Source of the DNA: Bdellovibrionales bacterium
Lineage (GTDB): Bacteria; Bdellovibrionota; Bdellovibrionia; Bdellovibrionales; JAKFYE01
Length of the DNA stretch: 64,000 nucleotides
NCBI GenBank assembly: GCA_965116215.1
Contig: OZ220494.1
Coordinates: forward strand, 1,563,992-1,627,991
Reading direction: 5' to 3'
Shown here: piece after piece, positions 9,899-20,448 of the stretch
Layout of the letters: every line of letters starts with the position of its first letter
How positions within the stretch are numbered: position 1 is the stretch's first letter
Made by a program: the position numbers and the translations under genes
Notes under the pieces: generated by a model
Database searches by the model: none
Told to the model about the DNA's origin: nothing
Seen by the model: the letters and a program-made list of their open reading frames with translations, nothing else

Positions 9899-11587
9899 AT
9901 GAGGAACTATACTTTAGCTCTTTTTGTTCTCTCCTGTATTATTATAAGTTGTTCTGACAAAGAAGATCAATCTCCACCGGAGGGAGAGTACTGTCGGTTG
10001 AGAAAAACATCTTTTCAGAATCCAGTCACTATTACTGGAAAGGCTATTTATAAACGCCGTCTTTTTGTCAATGAAGGGCTGGGTGGAGTGGATCCTAAAG
10101 ACTACCCTATTCGTCATGCAGAAGTTAGGATTTTAAAGGATGGTCAACTTGTTCAATGTACAGAAACAAATGCGCTTGGAGGGTTTTCTTTTAATGTTGA
10201 GATGAGTGAGATTTCTTATTTCGTCGAAGTTGTATCTCGAGCAAACAATTCTAAACTTAAAGTGAGCGTCTTAAATACACCAAGTGCTAATAAATATTAT
10301 GCTATCAATAAAGTATTTATTCCAGATGAAGATAAAAATATTGGCACTTTAACGGCTTCTGCAAAAGGTGATGTTATAGGGGGTGCATTTAATATTTATG
10401 ATCAAATATTCAAAGCGAATGAATATTTAAGAGAAGCTGTAGAAGATTGTAATAATGATGATTGTATTTCATTTACTGTTGCTCCAAAGGCTAAGGTTTA
10501 TTGGAGTTTGGGTGTTAATCCCGGAGAGTATTTTGACAGTCAGAGGGGTATTAGTTTCTATCGATTTCATAAAAGGGAAATTTATATTTTAGGTGGAGTC
10601 AAGAATTTGCCGGATCAGACAGACACGGATCATTTTGATGATTCTGTTATTGTTCATGAATATGCACATTTTATTCAGGATGTTTATTCCAAAGTGGATT
10701 CCTCAGGGGGGCCACACAATGGCAATTTTATTATTGACCCCAGATTGGCATGGGCTGAAGGATTTGCAAACTTCTTTGCCTCAGCTGTTCTTGAAGATCC
10801 TGTTTATAGAGATACAAAGGGAAATATAGATGGTGTAACAAGTTATATACTCTATTTAAATCAGGAAACGAATGCTCGTCGTGATGTCCCCTATGACCCG
10901 ACTCCGGAGAATAAAGAAGATCCCACTGGTGAAGGGCTGTTTAGAGAGTTTGCTATATCTCAAGCCCTGTGGGATATCATAGATGAAAATGATGATAGTG
11001 AAACGGTTCATGGTAGTTTTCATGACCTATGGAAAATTTTTTCTGGAAGAAGATTTCGATCTGAACAATATCATTATAGGCACTTTGGTCTGTTTTTAGA
11101 GCTTTATAATACATTGCCAGGGGTAGCAGATGTGAGTTCGGTATTAAAGTATAATCAAATGGTTGCTAATAGGGATCACTACGCTTTTCGATACCGCACA
11201 GAGGGTTCATGTAGGCACGTTATGAATCCAGATCATGTAAGAAATGGTGTTGATGGCTCTATAGTCAAGCGAGATGATGGAAGTTTTAGTAAATCTAATC
11301 AGTTAGCGTCGAATGACTTTTTCTTTTATAAACATAATGGTGGAATTTTAAATATATCTTTAGAAATAAAAAGTGGAAATTCAGATCTTGATATCTATGT
11401 TTGGAAAAAGGGATATACTTTTGGGTCAATTGAGGATGTTGCAGCTTTTAGCTATGGCATCGAGAGGATTGAGAGGATTATTGATAATATACCAGCAGGA
11501 TTTTATTTACTGAATGTGAAAGCTCATAAACCTAATGGAGAAGTGACATATACTTTAAGTGTTAATGGGAGGTTTGTATGCCGATAG
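9899..11587 (+). CDS. Secreted/lipoprotein zinc metalloprotease-like protein with C-terminal pre-peptidase (PPC)-like domain
   Basis: Signal peptide with lipobox-like IISC, a CarboxypepD-reg-like segment (AEVRILKDGQLVQCTETNALGGFSF), an HExxH motif (HEYAHF), and a C-terminal DLDIYVW PPC-like block. Confidence 0.65.
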   Translation: MRNYTLALFVLSCIIISCSDKEDQSPPEGEYCRLRKTSFQNPVTITGKAIYKRRLFVNEGLGGVDPKDYPIRHAEVRILKDGQLVQCTETNALGGFSFNVEMSEISYFVEVVSRANNSKLKVSVLNTPSANKYYAINKVFIPDEDKNIGTLTASAKGDVIGGAFNIYDQIFKANEYLREAVEDCNNDDCISFTVAPKAKVYWSLGVNPGEYFDSQRGISFYRFHKREIYILGGVKNLPDQTDTDHFDDSVIVHEYAHFIQDVYSKVDSSGGPHNGNFIIDPRLAWAEGFANFFASAVLEDPVYRDTKGNIDGVTSYILYLNQETNARRDVPYDPTPENKEDPTGEGLFREFAISQALWDIIDENDDSETVHGSFHDLWKIFSGRRFRSEQYHYRHFGLFLELYNTLPGVADVSSVLKYNQMVANRDHYAFRYRTEGSCRHVMNPDHVRNGVDGSIVKRDDGSFSKSNQLASNDFFFYKHNGGILNISLEIKSGNSDLDIYVWKKGYTFGSIEDVAAFSYGIERIERIIDNIPAGFYLLNVKAHKPNGEVTYTLSVNGRFVCR

Positions 11588-12138
11588 AAATATCCAGATC
11601 TAAAAAACTTTTTCTTTCTTCTGTCATGGGAATTTTTATTATCATCTTGGCTTTTTTGTTGTTCTATGATTTGCCAGAAGATTCTCACACTTCTGCAAAC
11701 TCTATGTTAAGAGTCCATACTGAGGGGGATGGTTGGGAAAAGTCCAATGGTTATTTCTCAGTGGTATTAAACGTTGAAAAATCCAATGCCAATGATTTTA
11801 AATTATTGGCAAAAATCAAACCTCTTCAGTCCTTTGATAATGTCAGACTCAATTGGAATCTGCCTGAGTTTGTTGAGCTTATTGAAGGGGAGTCTATTCA
11901 AGAACTGGGCTCGTTAGACCACAATAGAGAGTATGAATATGAAATTTTAGTTCGCATCACTTCTGATACACCAGTGAATATCATTGTGGAATGTTCAGCC
12001 CTACAGGATGGTATTAAACTGGGGGGCTATGATATTATTGAGATTAACCCCCTAGAAGAACAAGGCCAGGGCCCTATGACGAAGGTACAAAAATCTATGC
12101 GTATGGAGTCTTCCAAAGAGGACATTATTCTACAATAA
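11578..12138 (+). CDS. Membrane-anchored hypothetical protein, translationally coupled to the metalloprotease-like gene
   Basis: Overlaps the upstream stop by 10 nt. It has one N-terminal TM helix (LFLSSVMGIFIIILAFLLF). Confidence 0.5.
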   Translation: MPIEISRSKKLFLSSVMGIFIIILAFLLFYDLPEDSHTSANSMLRVHTEGDGWEKSNGYFSVVLNVEKSNANDFKLLAKIKPLQSFDNVRLNWNLPEFVELIEGESIQELGSLDHNREYEYEILVRITSDTPVNIIVECSALQDGIKLGGYDIIEINPLEEQGQGPMTKVQKSMRMESSKEDIILQ

Positions 12139-12427
12139 AAACTGCTCACATCTAGAGAGGCTGGAAAAATCTATTAGAACTCAATCGAACACCTCAAAAA
12201 TCAAGTGAGTCAAAATTATATAGACAAAGCCCTTGTTCACTCTTTTCTAAAACGCCAAAATATGGATATCACTTCAAAAGACATCACTCATTATAAAAAA
12301 ACATCGCACAAAATTACCCCGATTTTCTATCACTCAAACAAGCCCTTATAGAACAGGGTCTAGATTATAAAACATGGGAAAAACAACTCAGTCTTATCAT
12401 CTTAGGAAGACGGGTGATTGAATTTTT

Positions 12428-12985
12428 TTATAAAGCATAAACACGTATATGTGGGTCGTATTCATTCTGTAAAATAGATTCAATGGCTTGGAGTGTTCCA
12501 GAAATAGCACTCGGACATGTTCCACAGGCCCCTTGATAACGTATTGTCAATACATTGTCTTCGAGAGATATAATATCTAAATCTCCGCCATCACTTTGAA
12601 GCCCAGGGCGTATAGTTTCGTTTAAAATCTTCTCTATTTTTTGAAGGTCTTCAGAGAGGGGAGTAGAGGGTTTCGTTTTACTACCCTTTCTGTCTATAAA
12701 ATGAGGATCATGAACTGGCATACGTGTAATGATAAGACTTTTTAACTGTGGGATCAGAATATCCCAGTCTGGGGCTGTATCCTCTTTTGTAACAGTTATA
12801 AAATTATCAAAAAAATAAACTTCACTAACACCTTGAATTTCAAAAATTTCTTTTGCAAGTTGCACGTCATTGGCGTCTTTAGGTGATTGAAATATGGCCT
12901 TACCACTTGTTTTTACAATTTGGTTGAGGATAAATTTTTTAGAATTAGGATTGGGAGTGGATTGAATAAGTAATTTTACATTCAT
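12428..12985 (-). CDS. Nfu/NifU-like Fe-S cluster carrier (Nfu_N + NifU C-terminal domain)
   Basis: The C-terminal motif GACGTCPSA and its position as the last gene of the suf operon. It overlaps the sufS stop by 4 nt. Confidence 0.85.
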   Translation of the reverse strand: MNVKLLIQSTPNPNSKKFILNQIVKTSGKAIFQSPKDANDVQLAKEIFEIQGVSEVYFFDNFITVTKEDTAPDWDILIPQLKSLIITRMPVHDPHFIDRKGSKTKPSTPLSEDLQKIEKILNETIRPGLQSDGGDLDIISLEDNVLTIRYQGACGTCPSAISGTLQAIESILQNEYDPHIRVYAL

Positions 12986-14193
12986 GAGAGAATATCCTTT
13001 ATTTTTTGAATAGCTTTTATAAAAGCATCAATTTCTAGCTTTATATTATACAGAGAAAAGGATATCCGTACAGACCCTTCTAAGTTCATTTTTTTAAATA
13101 AGGGCATAGCACAGTGATGTCCTGTCCGGACAGCGATGCCCTCTTCATTTAATAGTGTGCCGACGTCGCTTGAGTGAATCTTATCAAGAATAAATGAAAT
13201 AATAGGACCCCTTGGAACGTCTGGATTGAGGATTTTTAATCCTTTGATCTTCTGTAATTCAGACAGGGCATAGTTAAGCAGTTCATTTTCGTAGTTCTCA
13301 ATATGAGATAGACCAAGAGCATTGATATAATCTATGGCAGCCCCTAAGCCAATAGCCCCTGCAATGTGTGGAGTTCCTGCTTCAAAGCGATATGGGGCAT
13401 CTAGAAAGGTCGTTTTTGTTTTGGTGACTTCCCTAATGATGGCACCTCCTCCCAGAAGAGGGGGGAGTGTATTTAGAAGATTCTCTTTTCCATATAAAAC
13501 CCCAATACCTGTTGGGCCATAAATCTTGTGTGCCGAAAAAATGAGAAAGTCACAGTTCATACTTTGGACATCGATTTTTTGATGAGCTACAGTTTGAGCG
13601 GCATCCACAAGAGTGAGTACATCGTATTGTCTGGCATATTCAATAAATTCTTGTGCCTTGGTGATTGTCCCCAAGGTGTTAGACATGGAAGTGAATGAAA
13701 AAATAGCTGTGTTTTTGTCTATCTTACTTTCAAAATCCTCCCTATTCAGTTCACCATTTTTATCAACAGAGATAAACTCTATTTTTGCTCCCTTTTCTTG
13801 AGCCGCTAATTGCCAAGGAACAATGTTCGAGTGGTGTTCAAGTTCAGTGAGAAGAATTTTCTTTTTGTGTTTGAGTTCAAGCCCTCGTGCAATGATATTT
13901 ATTCCCTCTGTTGCCCCATGAGTAAAAATAATTTCATTGGTATTCTTTGCGCGAATAAAATTTTTAACTTTTTTCCTTGAGTCTTCAAATTTTTTTGTGG
14001 CTCTATTGCTTAAGGCATGGAGCCCACGATGGACGTTCGAGGTGTCATTTGAATAGTGGTCATTAATGGCATCTATAACTCTTTGAGGCTTTAATGTTGT
14101 TGCAGCGTTATCCAGATAGATGAGTGGCTTATTGTTGATTTTTTGGTGAAGTGATGGGAAGTCTTTTCTTACTTTTTCAACATTATAATGCAC
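12982..14193 (-). CDS. sufS: Cysteine desulfurase SufS
   Basis: Class V aminotransferase motifs are present (FSAHKIYGPTGIGVLYG PLP-lysine region; RTGHHCA active-site Cys). The likely start is the GTG at 14193, immediately after the sufD stop. The longest ORF (TTG at 14292) would overlap sufD by about 100 nt. Confidence 0.92.
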   Translation of the reverse strand: MHYNVEKVRKDFPSLHQKINNKPLIYLDNAATTLKPQRVIDAINDHYSNDTSNVHRGLHALSNRATKKFEDSRKKVKNFIRAKNTNEIIFTHGATEGINIIARGLELKHKKKILLTELEHHSNIVPWQLAAQEKGAKIEFISVDKNGELNREDFESKIDKNTAIFSFTSMSNTLGTITKAQEFIEYARQYDVLTLVDAAQTVAHQKIDVQSMNCDFLIFSAHKIYGPTGIGVLYGKENLLNTLPPLLGGGAIIREVTKTKTTFLDAPYRFEAGTPHIAGAIGLGAAIDYINALGLSHIENYENELLNYALSELQKIKGLKILNPDVPRGPIISFILDKIHSSDVGTLLNEEGIAVRTGHHCAMPLFKKMNLEGSVRISFSLYNIKLEIDAFIKAIQKIKDILS

Positions 14194-14194
14194 T

Positions 14195-15454
14195 TTAAGA
14201 CTCCAATAAATTAAAAGATTTTGTATGAATTTCAGATTCCACGCAGTTGCAAATATAATCTCGAATGCTGGAAACTTGAATGTCAGAGGCAATATGCATG
14301 AGAAAGCTCTTTAATAAAAATTGAATCGCCTCTTCTTTACTGAAGCCCCGACTTTGTAGATAGAAAGAGGCTTCTTTGTCTAGCTGTCCTGTTGTGGCAC
14401 CATGAACAGCCTTGATAACATCACTTGTGTTGACCGATAAATTGGGTACGGTATTGATTTCAGAACGAGTGCCAATGACTAGATTTTTGTTTATTTGACT
14501 GGAGCTTGATTGAGGACTATTTCGATCAATAAAAACAGAGCCGGTATAACTTCCACGAGATTTTTCAATGGCCACATTTTTTTGTAGCAGAGTGCTTTTG
14601 GTTTTTTTTACCCTATGCTGGACATCGATATGACATTCTAGGGCTTGGTGGTCTTTAGAAAAAGAAAGCCCTCTATAGTCGAAAGATGAGCTCTCTTCTT
14701 TAAGTTCAATTGTTAACACTCTTTTGGAAAATGTAGATCCCAATTCAATGCCTGAATAAGTACAATGGGATTGTTTTGAAAGATCAAAGGTGGCTTCCGA
14801 TAGAATAGATGGTGTTGAGTTTGTTGAGTTTTGAATGTATGTATAATCTAGTTTTGAACCTTTATCTAGTATGACTTTGTCACATAGAGAGGCAAAGCAT
14901 GAGGTTTTCCCCGATAGACAGACATGTCTTAAAAGGTTGAGTTGGGCATTTGGTTCCAGAATAATAATGTGTTGGACAGCCAATGAGTGAGTGATGTGAT
15001 AGATATCCATAAGTTCTAATGGAGTAGAGATCTTTGTATCTTTACTCACATGAATAACACACCCCATGTTTAAAAAAGACTTGTTCAGTAGACCAAAATA
15101 GCTCGAGAATTCATTATGTTTTATATATTTTTCTCCGTGAGTTATTATGAAATCCCTAATGGGTAGAATGCTTATCCCTTTTGGTAAAGAAGAATGAACT
15201 TCTCCATTATGACCCATTATGCATAAGGAATTTTTGAGTTTAGGATCCGAAGTGTGTGTAAGGGTAGGTTGTATATGAGCGTCTAGAGATTTTATTTTTT
15301 TTAAAGATGTGTATTTCCACTTCTCTAATTTTTTTGTTGGAAACTCAGTTTCAAGAAGTTGCTGAAGAGACTTAAGGCAAATGGACCTTAAGTGGGGCTG
15401 ATTGTGAGACTGAAAACCTTGAAAAGATTTTTTCAGATGAGCATGTGTTATCAT
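14195..15454 (-). CDS. sufD: Fe-S cluster assembly protein SufD
   Basis: 419 aa, located between sufC and sufS. The C-terminal SufBD-family block is present (HGATTGQLDKEASFYLQSRGFSKEEA). Confidence 0.88.
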   Translation of the reverse strand: MITHAHLKKSFQGFQSHNQPHLRSICLKSLQQLLETEFPTKKLEKWKYTSLKKIKSLDAHIQPTLTHTSDPKLKNSLCIMGHNGEVHSSLPKGISILPIRDFIITHGEKYIKHNEFSSYFGLLNKSFLNMGCVIHVSKDTKISTPLELMDIYHITHSLAVQHIIILEPNAQLNLLRHVCLSGKTSCFASLCDKVILDKGSKLDYTYIQNSTNSTPSILSEATFDLSKQSHCTYSGIELGSTFSKRVLTIELKEESSSFDYRGLSFSKDHQALECHIDVQHRVKKTKSTLLQKNVAIEKSRGSYTGSVFIDRNSPQSSSSQINKNLVIGTRSEINTVPNLSVNTSDVIKAVHGATTGQLDKEASFYLQSRGFSKEEAIQFLLKSFLMHIASDIQVSSIRDYICNCVESEIHTKSFNLLES

Positions 15455-16224
15455 TATTGAAGGTCTTTCTCTTTTTGGACAACCCAGTCATAACCTTTTT
15501 CCTCTAGTTTTGAAGCGAGGTGGCTGTCTCCAGATTCGACAATACGTCCATTATAAAGAATATGAACATAGTCTGGAACAATATGATTGAGTATTCTTTG
15601 ATAGTGGGTAATAAGAAGAATCGCTCGCTCTTTAGAGCGCATAGAATTCACTCCGTTTGCAATGATTTTAAGAGCATCAATATCTAAACCAGAATCAGTT
15701 TCATCTAAGAGACAGAGTTTTGGTTGTAAGACAAGCATCTGTAAAATTTCATTACGTTTTTTTTCACCACCAGAGAAATCTTCATTTACTCCGCGAGTTA
15801 AGAAGCTAGTATTTAAACCAACTATTCCTAGCTTTTCAGAGAGGTATTTTATAAATGTTTTTTCATCTGCGGGCTTTATACCTTGCGACTTACATATTTG
15901 ATTATATGTATTTAATAAAAACTGTAAATTGCTGAGCCCAGGTATTTCTACTGGATATTGAAAGGCTAAAAATATGCCTTTTTGAGATCTTTCATAAGGC
16001 TTTAGGGTCAGTAGATTGACTTCATTGAATCCATCTTTGTATGTTATGGATCCGTCTATTTCTTTGTATTCAGGGTGTCCTGCTATCACCTTTGCCAGAG
16101 TGCTTTTTCCTGAACCGTTGGGTCCCATAATCGCATGAACTTCACCCACATTGATTTTTAAATTTAATCCTCTAAGAATTTCTTTATTGTCTACTGTTAT
16201 TTTTAAATTTTTTATGTCTAGCAT
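15454..16224 (-). CDS. sufC: Fe-S cluster assembly ATPase SufC
   Basis: ABC ATPase motifs GPNGSGKST, FSGGEKKRNEILQ and LLDETDSGLD. An ATGATAA stop/start overlap links it to sufD. Confidence 0.95.
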   Translation of the reverse strand: MLDIKNLKITVDNKEILRGLNLKINVGEVHAIMGPNGSGKSTLAKVIAGHPEYKEIDGSITYKDGFNEVNLLTLKPYERSQKGIFLAFQYPVEIPGLSNLQFLLNTYNQICKSQGIKPADEKTFIKYLSEKLGIVGLNTSFLTRGVNEDFSGGEKKRNEILQMLVLQPKLCLLDETDSGLDIDALKIIANGVNSMRSKERAILLITHYQRILNHIVPDYVHILYNGRIVESGDSHLASKLEEKGYDWVVQKEKDLQ

Positions 16225-16265
16225 AATAATATCACCAATTTCATATTTGTTTTTGTTTAAGCATT

Positions 16266-17708
16266 CTAACCTATGCTGTCTTCTAATTTCATTTCTATAA
16301 GTTTGACGGCCTCTACTGAAAACTCAAGGGGTAGTTTTTTAAAAATATCTTTACAGAATCCATTAATCAGTAAAGAGATAGCTTTCTCTAGATCTAAACC
16401 CCTTGAGTTTAAATAAAAAAGTTGATCTTCGCTTAATTTGGAAGTGGAAGCTTCATGTTCTACCTGTGCTGTTTTATTTTTTATTTCTAAATAGGGATGA
16501 GTGTTAGAAGAGCAATTGTCTCCTACAAGCATAGAATCACATTGAGAGTAATTTCTGGCTTGGTTTGCTGAAGGTAAAATTTTAACTAGACCCCTATAGG
16601 TATTTAACGAGTCGTCGGCAAGAATGCCCTTAGATAAGATAGTACTTTTAGTGTTTTTTCCTATATGGATCATCTTTGTTCCAGTATCAGCCTGCATTTT
16701 TCCATTAGTTAAAGCGACAGAATAAAAGGCTCCCACAGAGTGATCGCCTTTTAATATACAACTGGGATATTTCCATGTGATGGCAGAGCCCGCCTCAACT
16801 TGTGTCCAAGAAATTTTTGAGTTGTCTCCTGCGCACAGACCTCTTTTTGTCACAAAGTTGTAAACTCCACCCTTGCCCTCGGAAGATCCGGTATACCAGT
16901 TTTGTACAGTAGAATATCTAATTTCTGAATTTTTGTGTGCGTATAATTCAACAATAGCAGCATGAAGCTGATGAGAATCATAACTAGGTGCCGTGCAACC
17001 CTCTAAGTAGTTCACATAACTTTCGGGTTCGGCAATAACTAGAGTTCTTTCAAACTGACCAGAGTTTTCATTGTTTATTCGAAAATATGTAGAGAGATCT
17101 AGAGGGCATCTGACCCCATTAGGTATATAACAAAATGACCCATCGCTAAACACCGCTGAATTGAGGGCCGCATAATAATTATCCGTATATGGGACCACAG
17201 ACCCTAGGTATTTTTCAATAATTTCAGGACACTCTTGTACGGCCTCTGAAAAGGAACAAAATTTAATGCCATATTTTTCTAATGTCTCTTTATGAGTTGT
17301 GCCTATGGAAACGCTATCAAATACGGCATCAATGGCCACCCCAGATAATCTTTTTTGTTCTTGAAGAGGAATTCCTAACCTCTCAAAAGTTTTTAAGAGT
17401 TTTGGATCGACATCATCTAGCGTCTTTGGGTTTTGGCTTTTTTGTTTTGGTGCCGAATAGTATTGAATGTTTTGAAAATCAATCTTTGAATAAGAGACAT
17501 CAGACCATTTTGGCTCTGGCATTTTTTTCCAAAAATCATAGGCCTTAAGACGTGTATTGAGAAGGAACGGGGGCTCTTTTTTTCTCTTTGATATTTCACG
17601 AATGATATCTTCATTTAAGCCATAGGGAAAAGTTTCTGATGGGATATCAGTAGACCACCCATATTGATATTTTCTATTCGTTAAATCTTCTACCATTTTC
17701 TGAGCCAT
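16266..17708 (-). CDS. sufB: Fe-S cluster assembly scaffold SufB
   Basis: 480 aa with typical SufB blocks ([39 protein letters not shown]). Confidence 0.95.
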   Translation of the reverse strand: MAQKMVEDLTNRKYQYGWSTDIPSETFPYGLNEDIIREISKRKKEPPFLLNTRLKAYDFWKKMPEPKWSDVSYSKIDFQNIQYYSAPKQKSQNPKTLDDVDPKLLKTFERLGIPLQEQKRLSGVAIDAVFDSVSIGTTHKETLEKYGIKFCSFSEAVQECPEIIEKYLGSVVPYTDNYYAALNSAVFSDGSFCYIPNGVRCPLDLSTYFRINNENSGQFERTLVIAEPESYVNYLEGCTAPSYDSHQLHAAIVELYAHKNSEIRYSTVQNWYTGSSEGKGGVYNFVTKRGLCAGDNSKISWTQVEAGSAITWKYPSCILKGDHSVGAFYSVALTNGKMQADTGTKMIHIGKNTKSTILSKGILADDSLNTYRGLVKILPSANQARNYSQCDSMLVGDNCSSNTHPYLEIKNKTAQVEHEASTSKLSEDQLFYLNSRGLDLEKAISLLINGFCKDIFKKLPLEFSVEAVKLIEMKLEDSIG

Positions 17709-18287
17709 TTCATTTGAGCTGTGTTACTTCTATGTGTGTTTATTTTTTGTTTTTCTGTTGAGTTTTTCTATCATAATTATTATCTGTTTTCACTCTGCTT
17801 TATTTGTTTTCCGATTTGTCTTTATCTTATGAAGCTATTCTTTCTTCCTTTTGTTTTTTATTCCAATCCCACTGGTTCAGGAGGGTGAATAGAGTTTTTA
17901 TACTTTCCCTTCTAAGAGGGCGTTTGGTGTCCGAAGAGGTTATGTCACATATGTTATCAAAGAACCAATTCCTATTTCGCTTCATGATTTCGTTGCGACA
18001 TAAAAGCCCCTAGTCTCTTATAGGGCAGTTTTTGTTGGGTTTTCAACCTCTTCTCTTTAAATAAGTATTTTTTATACTTATTTTAATGAATAACTCCAAT
18101 GAGGGGATAGAAAATGATGAGTTATTATAGTCTTCATAAGGAGCTACAGTGGTGTCGCTCTCTGTTATGATCGTATGTTCTTAGGGGTATCGTTGATTTC
18201 ATGTTTGGGCTTATTCCTTTTATGTGTAATGTTTCACCAGGAGATTTGGTTCTATCTCTTTGAAAGATATGATAAGATATTCATCTT

Positions 18288-19178
18288 ATGGTTCGCTTCC
18301 TATTGCTCATAACAAGTGTTTTAGTCGTCGTGTTTCTGCTCTTAAAGGCTCTTCGTTTTTATGGTTTGCAGAGAAGTTACTCTGAAAAAGAACATGTTTT
18401 TCTTCAAGACACATTAGCTGTTGTTGCCCACAGAGGGGGCAGTTTAGAAGCCCCTGAAAATACACTCGAGTCCTTTCAAAAAGCATTAGAGATATCTCCA
18501 CATATTATTTTAGAACTCGACATTCGTATAACTAAAGATGATGTATTTGTCGTGATCCATGATGATTCTGTAGATAGAACAACAGATGGTAAGGGCAGGG
18601 TGAGGGATCTGACCTTAAAGGAAATAAAGGCTTTAAACGCTGGTTATCACTTCACTTCTAAAGAGGGAATATTTCCATATAGAGAAAACCCTATTCAAGT
18701 GCCGACTCTGAAAGAGGTTGTGCAGGCTGTCCCCAAAAACCGGTTGATTATTGAAATAAAGGATAACTTACCAGATATTCATAAAAAGGCAGCCTATCTC
18801 TTTGAGGAATTAAATATTACCAAAAGAGCATTATTTGGAAGTGAATTCTCTGTTGTTATTTCTTCTCTTAGGGAATTACGTCCAGAGTGGACTTATGCTG
18901 CAACGAAAAATGAAATCTCACGTTTCTTGATGTTAGCTTCTCTAAAAATTGAAACAATAGACTCTATGCCAGCAGATGTCTTTCTTATTCCTATGGAAAG
19001 TGAAGGAATTCGTGTTTTCAGCGAAAGGCTTTTGAACGAAGCGCAAAGGAGAAAAAAACCTGTTATGATATGGACTATAAACAATAGAGAAGAAATGCAA
19101 AAATTGATTCGCAAGGGTGTTCAAGGGATTATTACGGATAAACCCACTACACTTCAGGGTATTATCTCTCAACTTTAG
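18288..19178 (+). CDS. Glycerophosphodiester phosphodiesterase family protein, membrane anchored
   Basis: N-terminal TM helix followed by GDPD motifs (VVAHRGGSLEAPENTLESF; ELDIRITKDDVFVVIHDDSVDRTTDG). Confidence 0.85.
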   Translation: MVRFLLLITSVLVVVFLLLKALRFYGLQRSYSEKEHVFLQDTLAVVAHRGGSLEAPENTLESFQKALEISPHIILELDIRITKDDVFVVIHDDSVDRTTDGKGRVRDLTLKEIKALNAGYHFTSKEGIFPYRENPIQVPTLKEVVQAVPKNRLIIEIKDNLPDIHKKAAYLFEELNITKRALFGSEFSVVISSLRELRPEWTYAATKNEISRFLMLASLKIETIDSMPADVFLIPMESEGIRVFSERLLNEAQRRKKPVMIWTINNREEMQKLIRKGVQGIITDKPTTLQGIISQL

Positions 19179-19244
19179 AAGGGTTGAGAAAGAAAAACTC
19201 TTCAGTTTATTGCGGTTCTTAAAAAGAAGGTTTAATCTGATCAA

Positions 19245-19985
19245 ATGATCAATTTAGCCTATGCGCAAACAGCAGAGGAAAATATTAAAGTTGTTGCACA
19301 ACTTGATGCTTGGGATGCGATTTGGTCTGCCAGTCCTGTTGTGCAATTATCCCTTTTAGTTCTCTTGATGATGTCTATATATAGTTGGTCTATTATCATT
19401 TTAAAGAGAAAAGCCTTTAAAAATTTATTTGAAAATGACAAATATTTTTTAGATCGCTTTTGGAGCGCAAGCTCTTTTGATAAATTGTCTGATCAAATTG
19501 AAGAGTCATCCCCTTCCCCCATGGCTCGAATTTTTCAGTCAGGGTTCAGAGAGCTTCAAAGAGTGGCAAATACAAAAAAAACTACGGATGAAGAAGAGGG
19601 CACCAGTGGATTGATAGGATTGGATAACTTATCGCGATCTTTAAGAGCTGCTATAGATCGTGAAGTGAATGAAATGGAATCTAAATTGGGATTTCTTGCA
19701 ACAACAGGAAGCACAGCTCCTTTCATAGGGCTTTTTGGAACAGTTTGGGGGATTATGGGGGCTTTTCAAAAAATTGGTGCTACAGGAATGGCCAGCTTAG
19801 CTGTTGTGGCTCCGGGGGTATCGGAAGCCTTAATAGCAACAGCCGTTGGCTTAGCTGCCGCAATCCCTGCGGTTGCTGCGTATAATCATTATGTCAATAT
19901 AATTAAAAAGGCTGAACTCAACTTTCACACTTTTTCGTCAGACTTTCTAAACATTTCTAAACGTAATTTTTTTAAAGGTGAGTAG
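19245..19985 (+). CDS. tolQ: Tol-Pal system protein TolQ (MotA/TolQ/ExbB channel)
   Basis: Conserved C-terminal block TAPFIGLFGTVWGIM...APGVSEALIATAVGL. It is followed by tolR, a tolA-like gene and tolB. Confidence 0.9.
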   Translation: MINLAYAQTAEENIKVVAQLDAWDAIWSASPVVQLSLLVLLMMSIYSWSIIILKRKAFKNLFENDKYFLDRFWSASSFDKLSDQIEESSPSPMARIFQSGFRELQRVANTKKTTDEEEGTSGLIGLDNLSRSLRAAIDREVNEMESKLGFLATTGSTAPFIGLFGTVWGIMGAFQKIGATGMASLAVVAPGVSEALIATAVGLAAAIPAVAAYNHYVNIIKKAELNFHTFSSDFLNISKRNFFKGE

Positions 19986-19987
19986 AT

Positions 19988-20404
19988 ATGAATTTATCTG
20001 AACCACTGGGTCGGAGAAAAGTTCTCAATGAAATTAATGTCACACCTCTTGTCGATGTTATGTTGGTCTTACTGATTATTTTTATGGTGACTGCTCCTAT
20101 GATGCAACAGGGAATTGATGTCGAGTTACCGGAAACATCTAGTACCGGAGTTAAGGTGAATGAAGAACCTTTGGTTCTTGTTGTGAAAAAAAATCGTCAT
20201 ATATATATTGGTTCATCCGAGATAAAATTTGTCTCTCTGAGAGAAAAATTAAAAGCGATTTTTCAGATGCGTAGAAATAAGCAAATTTATTTACAGGCCG
20301 ATAAGAATGTTGACTATGGACGTGTAGCAGAGGTGATGGGGGCCATCCGATCTGCAGGAATCTCTAACATAGGGTTAATAACATTACCTCAACAGTTAAA
20401 GTAA
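19988..20404 (+). CDS. tolR: Tol-Pal system protein TolR (ExbD/TolR)
   Basis: INVTPLVDVMLVLLIIFMVTAP TM motif with the conserved Asp; 138 aa. Confidence 0.9.
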   Translation: MNLSEPLGRRKVLNEINVTPLVDVMLVLLIIFMVTAPMMQQGIDVELPETSSTGVKVNEEPLVLVVKKNRHIYIGSSEIKFVSLREKLKAIFQMRRNKQIYLQADKNVDYGRVAEVMGAIRSAGISNIGLITLPQQLK

Positions 20405-20448
20405 TAAAAAAGCAGTACAGAACCTTAACTGATGATGTCAGAGCTCTA

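Noticed and set aside
12139-12427. A 290-bp gap with a stop-interrupted frame (…NYIDKALVHSFLKRQNMDITSKDITHYKK…) that might be a gene remnant
   Set aside because: It is too short and interrupted to assign. It has no recognisable motif, start codon or ribosome-binding site.
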